Source: Macrostomum lignano (lineage: Eukaryota). Taken from it: 64,000 bases of DNA. The notes under the pieces are model-generated. The model did not search any database, was not told where the DNA came from, and saw only the letters and a program-made list of their open reading frames with translations. The translations under genes were made by a program, and so were the position numbers. Location of the stretch: positions 62,001-126,000 of the forward strand of contig NIVC01000467.1 of the NCBI GenBank assembly GCA_002269645.1, written 5' to 3'. This document shows positions 52,812 through 64,000 of this stretch, piece after piece. Position 1 is the stretch's first letter. Every line of letters begins with the position of its first letter.

Positions 52812-54050
52812 AGACTTGAGTTGGTGGACACAAATCACAGACAAAGACGTGAGTTAGTGGACACACATCACAGTGAAGGGAGTGAGTTGGTGGACACAAA
52901 TGACAGAGAAAGACTTAAGTTGGTGGACACAAATCACAGAGAAAGACGTGAGTTAATGGACACACATCACAATGAAGGGAGTGAGTTGGTGGACACAAAT
53001 GACAGAGAAAGACTTGAGTTGGTAGACACAATTCACAGTGAAGGGAGTGAGTTGGTGGACACAAATGACAGAGAAAGACTTGAGTTGGTGGACACAATTC
53101 ACAGTGAAGGGAGTGAGTTGTTGGACACAAATGACAGAGAAAGACTTGAGTTGGTGGACACAAATCACAGAGAAAGACGTGAGTTAATGGACACAATTCA
53201 CAATGAAGGGAGTGAGTTGGTGGACACAAATGACAGAGAAAGACTTGAGTTGGTAGACACAATTCACAGTGAAGGGAGTGAGTTGTTGGACACAAATGAC
53301 AGAGAAAGACTTGAGTTGGTGGACACAAATCACAGAGAAAGACGTGAGTTAATGGACACACATCACAATGAAGGGAGTGAGTTGGTGGACACAAATGACA
53401 GAGAAAGACTTGAGTTAATGGACACACATCACAATGAAGGGAGTGAGTTGGTGGACACAAATGACAGAGAAAGACTTGAGTTGGTGGACACAAATCACAG
53501 AGAAAGACGTGAGTTAATGGACACACATCACAATGAAGGGAGTGAGTTGGTGGACACAAATGACAGAGAAAGACTTGAGTTAATGGACACACATCACAAT
53601 GAAGGGAGTGAGTTGGTGGACACAAATGACAGAGAAAGACTTGAGTTGGTGGACACAAATCACAGAGAAAGACGTGAGTTAATGGACACACATCACAATG
53701 AAGGGAGTGAGTTGGTGGACACAAATGACAGAGAAAGACTTGAGTTGGTGGACACAAATCACAGAGAAAGACGTGAGTTAATGGACACACATCACAATGA
53801 AGGGAGTGAGTTGGTGGACACAAATGACAGAGAAAGACTTGAGTTGGTGGACACAAAGCATAGTGAAGGGAGGGAATTGGTGGACACAAATGACAGAGAA
53901 AGACGTGAGTTGTTGGACACACATCACAGTGAAGGGAGTGAGTTGGTGGACACAAATGTCAAAGAAAGACTTGAGTTAGTGGACACAAATCACTGTGAAG
54001 GGAGTGATTTGGTGAACACAAGTCACACAAATGACAGTGAAAGCCGTGAG
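52812..54050. repeat. 33-bp minisatellite with several unit variants arranged in higher-order repeats
   Basis: GAGTTGGTGGACACAAATGACAGAGAAAGACTT alternates with GAGTTAATGGACACACATCACAATGAAGGGAGT and related units. Confidence 0.93.
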
Positions 54051-54804
54051 TTAGTGGTCACAGCCAGCAAGAGGATTAAAGATCCGCAGTTTTACTGCAG
54101 ACGCTCATAAATCATATTCTGATAAGTGCAGAACAGTTCCAAAGTGAAACACAAATTCTTCTTCTGTGATTAAACAAAAGCAGCAACGTGTTCAGGGCAA
54201 ATGGCAGATAGAGGAGAAGGACTGCGCAAGCACGCACGAAAGGATGTCTTATCTCTGAAGCAACCAAACTGCGGCAGAATATGACTTCAGTTTCCTGTCT
54301 ATCCGTTCGGCATCTGACAGAGGAACGCAGGGGTAGTTGGACACAAGAAACAAGGCTGCTGGGGGGGGGGCTGGCACGGTGCTTATAGTTGCAATTTATG
54401 CTTTTTCCACTTTTCTTCTTTCTCTCTTTTTTCATTCTTCGCCCGTTAATTCTCTGCCGTGGAATAAGGATCGGGTCATTCTATTTTCCCCTTCGTAGCC
54501 ATCGGTCTTTTGACTGCGCCCATCTTCTTCCCCCTTCTCTCCCTCTCTCCCCTTCCCTCACCTAATCTCTTTCTCTCCTGGCATATAATTCATTCCTTGC
54601 TGGCACTGCTTGACCAATAGCTTCAAAGTATTGCGCTGTCACTTTTTCACGCAGAGCCAGCTTGGACTTGGCATAGGCATGGGTAGGAGATTTCCAACAC
54701 CAATACATGCGGCACATGGAGATTGGCCGCTTGGAGATGGAGTTACAGAGATGGAGACCAGGCCATCGAGATGTACGAGTAGTAATGTGGAGTGGAAAGC
54801 TAAT

Positions 54805-57800
54805 GATGACTTCGAAGCTCTGAATAATGATTTCGAAGCTATGAATAATGATTTCGAAGCTATGAATAATGATTTCGAAGCTATGAATAATGATTTCGAA
54901 GAGTTGAATAATAATGATTTCGAAGAGTGAATAATAATGATTTCGAAGAGTGAATAATAATGATTTCGAAGAGTTGAATAATAATGATTTCGAAGAGTTG
55001 AATAATAGTGATTTCGAAGAGTGAATAATAATGATTTCGAAGAGTTGAATAATAGTGATTTCGAAGAGTGAATAATAATGATTTCGAAGAGTTGAATAAT
55101 AATGATTTCGAAGAGTGAATAATAATGATTTCGAAGAGTGAATAATAATGATTTCGAAGAGTTGAATAATAATGATTTCGAAGAGTTGAATAATAATGAT
55201 TTCGAAGAGTTGAATAATAATGATTTCGAAGAGTTGAATAATAATGATTTCGAAGAGTGAATAATAGTGATTTCGAAGAGTGAATAATAATGATTTCGAA
55301 GAGTGAATAATAATGATTTCGAAGAGTGAATAATAATGATTTCGAAGAGTTGAATAATAATGATTTCAAATGGTGAATAATAGTTATTTCGAAGAGTGAA
55401 TAATAATGATTTCAAATGGTGAATAATAATGATTTCGAAGAGTGAATAATAATGATTTCGAAGAGTGAATAATAATGATTTCGAAGAGTGAATAATAATG
55501 ATTTCGAAGAGTTGAATAATAATGATTTCGAAGAGTGAATAATAATGATTTCGAAGAGTGAATAATAGTGATTTCGAAGAGTGAATAATAATGATTTCGA
55601 CGAGTGAATAATAATGATTTCGAAGAGTTGAATAATAATGATTTCGAAGAGTGAATAATAATGATTTCGAAGAGTGAATAATAATGATTTCGAAGAGTTG
55701 AATAATAATGATTTCGAAGAGTGAATAATAATGATTTCGAAGAGTTGAATAATAATGATTTCGAAGAGTGAATAATAATGATTTCGAAGAGTGAATAATA
55801 ATGATTTCGAAGAGTGAATAATAGTGATTTCGAAGAGTGAATAATAATGATTTCGAAGAGTTGAATAATAATGATTTCGAAGAGTGAATAATAGTGATTT
55901 CGAAGAGTGAATAATAATGATTTCGAAGAGTTGAATAATAATGATTTCGAAGAGTGAATAATAGTGATTTCGAAGAGTGAATAATAATGATTTCGAAGAG
56001 TTTAATAATAATGATTTCGAAGAGTGAATAATAGTGATTTCGAAGAGTGAATAATAATGATTTCGAAGAGTTGAATAATAATGATTTCGAAGAGTGAATA
56101 ATAATGATTTCGAAGAGTGAATAATAGTGATTTCGAAGAGTGAATAATAGTGATTTCGAAGAGTTGAATAATAATGATTTCGAAGAGTGAATAATAGTGA
56201 TTTCGAAGAGTTGAATAATAATGATTTCGAAGAGTGAATAATAGTGATTTCGAAGAGTGAATAATAGTGATTTCGAAGAGTTGAATAATAATGATTTCGA
56301 AGAGTGAATAATAATGATTTCGAAGAGTGAATAATAATGATTTCGAAGAGTTGAATAATAATGATTTCGAAGAGTGAATAATAATGATTTCGAAGAGTGA
56401 ATAATAATGATTTCGAAGAGTGAATAATAGTGATTTCGAAGAGTGAATAATAATGATTTCGAAGAGTTGAATAATAATGATTTCGAAGAGTGAATAATAG
56501 TGATTTCGAAGAGTGAATAATAATGATTTCGAAGAGTGAATAATAGTGATTTCGAAGAGTTGAATAATAATGATTTCGAAGAGTGAATAATAGTGATTTC
56601 GAAGAGTTGAATAATAATGATTTCGAAGAGTGAATAATAGTGATTTCGAAGAGTGAATAATAGTGATTTCGAAGAGTTGAATAATAATGATTTCGAAGAG
56701 TGAATAATAATGATTTCGAAGAGTGAATAATAATGATTTCGACGAGTGAATAATAATGATTTCGAAGAGTTGAATAATAATGATTTCGAAGAGTGAATAA
56801 TAGTGATTTCGAAGAGTGAATAATAATGATTTCGAAGAGTTGAATAATAATGATTTCGAAGAGTGAATAATAATGATTTCGAAGAGTTGAATAATAATGA
56901 TTTCGAAGAGTGAATAATAATGATTTCGAAGAGTGAATAATAATGATTTCGAAGAGTGAATAATAGTGATTTCGAAGAGTGAATAATAATGATTTCGAAG
57001 AGTTGAATAATAATGATTTCGAAGAGTGAATAATAGTGATTTCGAAGAGTGAATAATAATGATTTCGAAGAGTTTAATAATAGTGATTTCGAAGAGTGAA
57101 TAATAATGATTTCGAAGAGTTGAATAATAATGATTTCGAAGAGTGAATAATAATGATTTCGAAGAGTGAATAATAGTGATTTCGAAGAGTGAATAATAGT
57201 GATTTCGAAGAGTTGAATAATAATGATTTCGAAGAGTGAATAATAGTGATTTCGAAGAGTTGAATAATAATGATTTCGAAGAGTGAATAATAGTGATTTC
57301 GAAGAGTGAATAATAGTGATTTCGAAGAGTTGAATAATAATGATTTCGAAGAGTGAATAATAGTGATTTCGAAGAGTTGAATAATAATGATTTCGAAGAG
57401 TTGAATAATAGTGATTTCGAAGAGTGAATAATAATGATTTCGAAGAGTTGAATAATAGTGATTTCGAAGAGTGAATAATAATGATTTCGAAGAGTGAATA
57501 ATAGTGATTTCGAAGAGTGAATAATAATGATTTCGAAGAGTTGAATAATAGTGATTTCGAAGAGTGAATAATAGTGATTTCGAAGAGTTGAATAATAATG
57601 ATTTCGAAGAGTGAATAATAGTGATTTCGAAGAGTTGAATAATAATGATTTCGAAGAGTGAATAATAGTGATTTCGAAGAGTGAATAATAGTGATTTCGA
57701 AGAGTTGAATAATAATGATTTCGAAGAGTGAATAATAGTGATTTCGAAGAGTTGAATAATAATGATTTCGAAGAGTTGAATAATAGTGATTTCGAAGAGT

Positions 57801-58115
57801 GAATAATAATGATTTCGAAGAGTTGAATAATAGTGATTTCGAAGAGTTGAATAATAATGATTTCGAAGAGTGAATAATAATGATTTCGAAGAGTGAATAA
57901 TAGTGATTTCGAAGAGTTGAATAATAATGATTTCGAAGAGTTGAATAATAGTGATTTCGAAGAGTGAATAATAATGATTTCGAAGAGTTGAATAATAGTG
58001 ATTTCGAAGAGTGAATAATAATGATTTCGAAGAGTGAATAATAATGATTTCGAAGAGTGAATAATAATGATTTCGAAGAGTGAATAATAATGATTTCGAA
58101 GCTCTGAATAATGAT
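54805..58115. repeat. 3.3-kb 23/24-bp minisatellite (GATTTCGAAGAGT[T]GAATAATA[A/G]T)n
   Basis: Visible. Confidence 0.96.
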
Positions 58116-58518
58116 TTAATGATGAAGAATTGAATAATACGCGCGTAATGATTTAAAAGCGTTGTACAGCGTGGAAAAATGGCTGCCAAGTTAGCATGAA
58201 TATTCAGCTCTTCCAGCAGAAGGTCATTCAAATGCCTCCTAAGTCTTTCATTGCTATAAGTATAATTTCTTTATAGCAAAACTTCACTCCAGATTGTAGA
58301 TCACCAGCTAGTTCTCCTTGGCTGCAGAGGGGGGAGAGAGACGAGAAAACCGGGATCTGGGGACGAGAAAGCAAAGTGGGAGAAGCTTTTCGTTGGCTGT
58401 TGATGATGAAGGGTGCTATATGAGCCAGCATTAGCCGGGAGGCTGGCCCCGGCCCTCATCACATAATAACATCCCCGACCGAAACTTGACTTGGAGAACC
58501 GCGAACCAAAACACTGTC

Positions 58519-58780
58519 ATGACTAACTCAACAGTCTCAACAGACAACTTGCTAGGCTACAGGATTTCCGAATACCTGCTCCTGCCACTGACCCCACAGT
58601 TCATCGGCTGTACAGTTGTAGTTCTGTGCTCCCTCATATTGAACAGTTTAGTGTTGTCAGGCCTGAAAAGAGACAAGCGTCTGTCAGCTGTCACTTATAA
58701 TTATGTCAGCTCGATTTGCTGGGCGATGTTGTTGCAGACTCTGCTCTGCTTTCCGCCTGGAGTTCTTCAAGAAGTCATTG
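58519..58780 (+). CDS. Probable first coding exon of a rhodopsin-class GPCR (N-terminus, TM1, ICL1, TM2)
   Basis: MTNSTV (N-glycosylation site)..FIGCTVVVLCSLILNSLVLSGLKRDKRLSAVTYNYVSSICWAMLLQTLLCFPPGVL. TM1 Asn, basic ICL1 and donor ATTG|GTGAGA at 58781. Downstream exons could not be assembled. Confidence 0.5.
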
Positions 58781-58927
58781 GTGAGAGCGTGGTTTCCAAC
58801 CAGCCTTTTGAACTTGTAGTTTTTTCTCACAGCCACTTTCAGACATTGTCTTGTTGGTGCTATTAATTTTGCCCCTCATTATATGCATAATTTGAGTTGA
58901 TTTGGGCTTGATTGATTGATTTTATTG

Positions 58928-59310
58928 ATCTGGCGCCCCGAATTCGGCGCCAATGATTCGGAGCCGAAGATTCGGCGCTCCTGATCTGGCGCCCATGATT
59001 TTGTGCCCCTAATTCGGCGCCTCTGATTTGGCGCCTCTGATTTGGCGCCCCGAATTCGGCGCCTTTGATTCGGCGCCCTTTATTCGGCGCCTCTGATTCA
59101 GCGCCCTTGATTTGGCGCCCTTGATTCGGCGCCTCTGATTTGGCGCCCCTAATTTGGCGCCCCTGATTTGGCGCCTCTGCTTCGGTGCCTCTGATTTGGC
59201 GCCCACGACTTGGCGCCCCTAATTCGGCCCTTGATTCGGCGCCCGTGGTTCGACGCATCTGACTTGGCGCTCATGATTCGGCGCCCCTGATTTGGGTCCT
59301 TGATTCGTCG
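58928..59310. repeat. ~15-bp degenerate repeat with an ATT[T/C]GGCGCC core
   Basis: Visible. Confidence 0.88.
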
Positions 59311-59781
59311 TTCATGACACTGGCATTCCCCTCAAACTAAAAGCTGTGTTATGATCAAAAATAAAATCACGACCATGGCAACAAGCATGATTCATCGCCA
59401 ATAGCATGAGCTTGAAGAACTCAACTAAAATTGATTGGATTGCTCAAGAGGATGCTTCATTCAGCGGCTTATCCTGCAAGTAAGGGCGAAACTTACCCAG
59501 TTGTTAGAGCTTGTTGCCGCCAGATCCGATGCACATACTTGTCGTCTCTCAGATGTAGTATATGAGGACTTTCTTTACTAACGGACCAAGTAAGCATCCC
59601 AAATATGTAATATAACAGGCCTGATAGGATTACACACTGAACTCGGGTCGTTAGTCCCGCGCTACTACAGCGTTCAATTCTCAATGGCATGCAAATTAGA
59701 CTAATAGTAGTAGCGAGGCAGAGTGCTACACTATAACATTATTGAGCGCACTTGGTAGCTTCACCAAAAGGTATTTAGAGA

Positions 59782-59813
<32 letters not shown>

Positions 59814-60411
59814 AGCCTTATTATCGCGGCTGGTAGCTCATTTGTGGCGAAGTTTCCGGCAAAATATAAACTGTTACATACCGGTGGCAACTTGGCTCAT
59901 TTGGTCTATATTGGGAATCAAATTCATATGCATTATTATATATCGTAACTAACGTATTTTGTTGAAGCATCTACAAGTTGCAGTAAAGAAATCGAAGTTC
60001 CGAACCCCCCCCCCCTGAGTTCCCCTAGCTGGGCCCGAACGGATCACAACAAGATTATTTTGGAATTGGAATGGCCAGTCAACCGAGAATTTAGATTTGT
60101 TCAGACAGACGGACCGAGAGAGAGAGAGAGAGAGAGAGAGATCCTGGAGCCTCGAAAAATCAATACTTTCATTAGTTATATGGTTTGCTTTGTACCAATT
60201 AATTATATTGCTACTTTGGGGCTTACAGGGATAGATCAACTTAATCTGAGTTGGATTTTATTGAAGAACTTTGGAGGAGCTTAAAAGAATTGACAGACTT
60301 GATATCAGTATTATAACTTACTTGTACACTAATGGAAATTGAAACAGACTGGTCTGTGTCAGTCAGCTCCTATATAGAGAGACTTATAGACTCACTCTCC
60401 AGTCCTTCCGA

Positions 60412-61412
60412 ATTAAAAAATGTCACTCTCCTCAATTCTACTAAACTACAAAAATGTCACTCTCCTCAATCCTACTAAACTACAAAAATGTCACTCTCCT
60501 CAATCCTACTAAACTACAGAAATGTCACTCTCCTCAATCCTTCCAAACTACAAAAATGTCACTCTCCTCAATCCTACTAAACTACAGAAATGTCACTCTC
60601 CTCAATCCTTCCAAACTACAAAAATGTCACTCTCTTCAGTCCTACTAAACTAAAAATATGTCGCTCTCCTCAATCATACTAAGGAACAAAAAAGTCACTC
60701 TTCTAAATCCTTCCAAACTACAAAAATCCCACTCTCCTCAGTCATACTAAACAACAAAAATGTCACTCTTCTAAATCCTACTAAACTACAAAAATGTCAC
60801 TCTCCTTAATCCTTCCAAACTATAAAAATGTCACTCTCCTCAGTCCTACTAAACTAAAGAATGTCAATCTTCTAAATCCTACTAAACTACTAAAATGTCA
60901 CTCTCCTCAGTCCTACTAAATAACAAAAAAGTCACTCTTCTAAATCCTTCCAAACTACAAAAATCCCACTCTCCTCAGTCATACTAAACAACAAAAATGT
61001 CACTCTTCTAAATCCTACTAAACTACAAAAATGTCACTCTCCTTAATCCTTCCAAACTATAAAAATGTCACTCTCCTCAGTCCTACTAAACTAAAGAATG
61101 TCACTCTTTTAAATCCTACTAAACTACAAAAATGTCACTCTCCTCAGTCCTACTAAACTAAAGAATGTCAATCTTCTAAATCCTACTAAACTACTAAAAT
61201 GTCACTCTCCTCAGTCCTACTAAATAACAAAAATTTCACTCTTCTTAATCCTACGAAACTACAAAAGTGTCACTCTCCTCAGTCATACTAAAAATAAAAA
61301 TGTCACTCTTCTAAATCCTACTGAACTACAAAAGTGTCACTCTCCTCAATCCTTCCAAACTACAAAGATGTCACTCTCCTGTCCATTTTTGCTACAAAAA
61401 ATGTCACTCTTA
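60412..61412. repeat. 34-bp minisatellite (TGTCACTCTCCTCAATCCTACTAAACTACAAAAA)n
   Basis: Visible. Confidence 0.93.
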
Positions 61413-61917
61413 TGATAGACTGTGCATTGGAAAGCTTCCAGAAGAGACGAGACCAGCAAAGAATTGAAAAGATCTTGCTTGGGTTGGCAGATCGTGCATA
61501 GCTGAGTAGCATTGAGCAGTCTGGGCAATCAGTCACGCCAACTTCTGTTGCTCCAGCAGCAGGGATGACGAATCTCACTTTAGGAGAGGGGGTGAACAAG
61601 AGCAGCTGGAAAATAAAAAAAGAAGCTGGGAACGAGGATGAAGCTGGGGTCACTGCAGATTTGAAGCCTCGAGGCCAGAGCGCAGTGACAGGGCAAGATC
61701 AATTCCCGAGGAATTTTTTATTTTGAGCCTTCATCTAATAGCTAGCTAGATAGCTCACAGCTTCCGGTGGTGGATGGAGGCTCTCCTTTTCACGCCTCGT
61801 TGAGTTTTGCAATTTTTTGTGCGTCACACGACCTCAAGAAAGAAGCGAAGACAGAGAGGCTTCTCTGCCCCTCTACACTGGAGTTGGCGGATTCAACTGC
61901 AATCAGTCACTCTCCTC

Positions 61918-63806
61918 GCTAAAGCCCCCGGTGCTGAAGCCCCCGGTGCTGAATCCCCCGGTGCTGAATCCCCCGGTACTGAATCTCCCGGTGCTGAATC
62001 CCCCGGTGCTAAATCCCCCGGTGCTAAATGAACCGGTGCTAAATGAACCGGTGCTAAATCAACCGGTGCTAAATCCCCCGGTGCTAAATCCCCGGTGCTA
62101 AATCCCCCGGTGCTAAATCCCCGGTGCTAAAGCCCCCGGTGCTAAATGAACCGGTGCTAAAGCCCCCGGTGCTAAAGCCCCCGGTGCTAAATCAACCGGT
62201 GCTAAAGCCCCCGGTGCTAAATCAACCGGTGCTAAATCAACCGGAGCTAAAGCCCCCGGTATTAAATCAACCGGTGCTAAAACTCCCGGTGCTAAAGCCC
62301 CCGGTGCTAAATGAACCGATGCTAAAGCCCCCGGTGCTAAATGAACCGGTGCTAAAGCCCCCAGTGCTAAAGCCCCCGGTGCTAAATGAACCGGTGCTAA
62401 AGCCCCCAGTGCTAAAGCCCCCGGTGCTAAAGCCCCCGGTGGTAAACCAACCGGTGCTAAAGCCCCCGGTGCTAAATCAACCGGTGCTAAATCAACCGGA
62501 GCTAAAGCCCCCGGTATTAAATCAACCGGTGCTAAAACTCCCGGTGCTAAAGCCCCCAGTGCTAAATGAACCGGTGCTAAAGCCCCCGGTGCTAAAGCCC
62601 CCGGTGCTAAATGAACCGGTGCTAAAGCCCCCGGTGCTAAATGAACCGGTGCTAAAGCCCCCGGTGCTAAATGAACCGGTGCTAAATGAACCGGTGCTGA
62701 AGCCCCCGGTGCTAAAGCCCCCGGTGGTAAATCAACCGGTGCTAAAGCCCCCGGTGCTAAATCAACCGGTGCTAAATCAACCGGAGCTAAAGCCCCCGGT
62801 ATTAAATCAACCGGTGCTAAAACTCCCGGTGCTAAAGCCCCCGGTGCTAAATCAACGGTGCTAAATCCCCCGGTGCTAAATCCCCCGGTGCCAAATCAAC
62901 CGGTGCTAAATGAACCGGTGCTAAATGAACCGGTGCTAAATCAACCGGTGCTAAATCCCCCGGTGCTAAATCCCCGGTGCTAAATCCCCCGGTGCTAAAT
63001 CCCCGGTGCTAAATCCCCCGGTGCTAAATGAACCGGTGCTAAAGCCCCCGGTGCTAAATGAACCGGTGCTAAAGCCCCCGGTGCTAAATGAACCGGTGCT
63101 AAAGCCCCCGGTGCTAAAGCCCCCGGTGCTAAATCAACCGGTGCTAAAGCCCCCGGTGCTAAATCAACCGGTGCTAAATCAACCGGAGCTAAAGCCCCCG
63201 GTATTAAATCAACCGGTGCTAAAACTCCCGGTGCTAAAGCCCCCGGTGCTAAATGAACCGATGCTAAAGCCCCCGGTGCTAAATGAACCGGTGCTAAAGC
63301 CCCCAGTGCTAAAGCCCCCGGTGCTAAAGCCCCCGGTGGTAAACCAACCGGTGCTAAAGCCCCCGGTGCTAAATCAACCGGTGCTAAATCAACCGGAGCT
63401 AAAGCCCCCGGTATTAAATCAACCGGTGCTAAAACTCCCGGTGCTAAAGCCCCCGGTGCTAAATGAACCGGTGCTAAAGCCCCCGGTGCTAAATGAACCG
63501 GTGCTAAAGCCCCCGGTGCTAAATGAACCGGTGCTAAATGAACCGGTGCTAAATGAACCGGTGCTGAAGCCCCCGGTGCTAAAGCCCCCGGTGGTAAATC
63601 AACCGGTGCTAAAGCCCCCGGTGCTAAATCAACCGGTGCTAAATCAACCGGAGCTAAAGCCCCCGGTATTAAATCAACCGGTGCTAAAACTCCCGGTGCT
63701 AAAGCCCCCGGTGCTAAATCAACCGGTGCTAAATCCCCCGGTGCTAAATCCCCCGGTGCCAAATCAACCGGTGCTAAAGCACCCGGTGCTAAAGCACCCG
63801 GTGCTA
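61918..63806. repeat. 15-bp minisatellite with a CCGGTGCTAAA core and higher-order block duplication
   Basis: Visible. It explains the KPPVL/NEPVL and APGAL artefact ORFs. Confidence 0.95.
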
Positions 63807-64000
63807 AAAAAGACATAGAAAAATTTTCCAACCAGTTTCCAAGTGACGAGTCTGCGACCCCAGCGGAATATAAGCTGAATCAAGCTCAGAGTTGTCTCAA
63901 TGTCAGAGAGAACTCAGATAGAAGCGCGGCATAGATACACAGCACGAACTATGCTCAAGAGATAAATCCCGATACTCCCGCGCGGTTTCCTGTCAGCAAG

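Noticed and set aside
54112-54435. Minus-strand ORF with a hydrophobic stretch (second GPCR TM1-like)
   Set aside because: It has a single weak helix, no supportable splice path, and a low-complexity N-terminus.
54900-58100. Heat-shock or STAT elements in TTCGAA repeats
   Set aside because: The spacing fits neither nTTCnnGAAn nor TTCnnnGAA.
54639-58231. 258-385-aa minus-strand ORFs (SSKSLLF, TLRNHYY)
   Set aside because: They are frame-hopping translations of the 23/24-bp array.
59480-59500. 21-23-nt intron-like unit readable on both strands (GTAAG...CTTAC hairpin)
   Set aside because: It is too short for a credible spliceosomal intron, and splicing yields stops in the relevant frames.
62124-63831. 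Pro-rich 246-278-aa ORFs resembling extensin or collagen
   Set aside because: A 15-bp unit keeps frames open on both strands, and there is no signal peptide or splice context.

Overview
This is eukaryotic (metazoan) genomic DNA with spliceosomal GT-AG introns, not a prokaryotic window. Its extreme minisatellite load resembles free-living flatworms such as Macrostomum, but that species assignment is only an inference. Host genes, all on +: (1) a complete 17-exon, ~2395-aa beta-spectrin (4157-30346); (2) a 2-exon, 360-aa uncharacterised gene with a degenerate PLD-like C-terminal half (34032-38248); (3) a 6-exon, 286-aa single-domain LAMP-family gene (45136-48989); (4) a probable GPCR first coding exon (58519-58780). 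Mobile DNA: an internally deleted hAT element with a 5-bp TSD (1279-2842); a very young full-length Ty3/gypsy (Mag-like) LTR retrotransposon with identical 248-bp LTRs inside a minisatellite in spectrin intron 2 (5969-10488); two tRNA-derived SINE families; and a fused Penelope-like/piggyBac remnant. About 30 tandem arrays are present, and nearly every intron carries its own repeat. Most long low-complexity ORFs in the supplied track are artefacts of these arrays. There is no CRISPR, rRNA or true tRNA gene. All coordinates and splice phases were derived by hand and no database searches were run.
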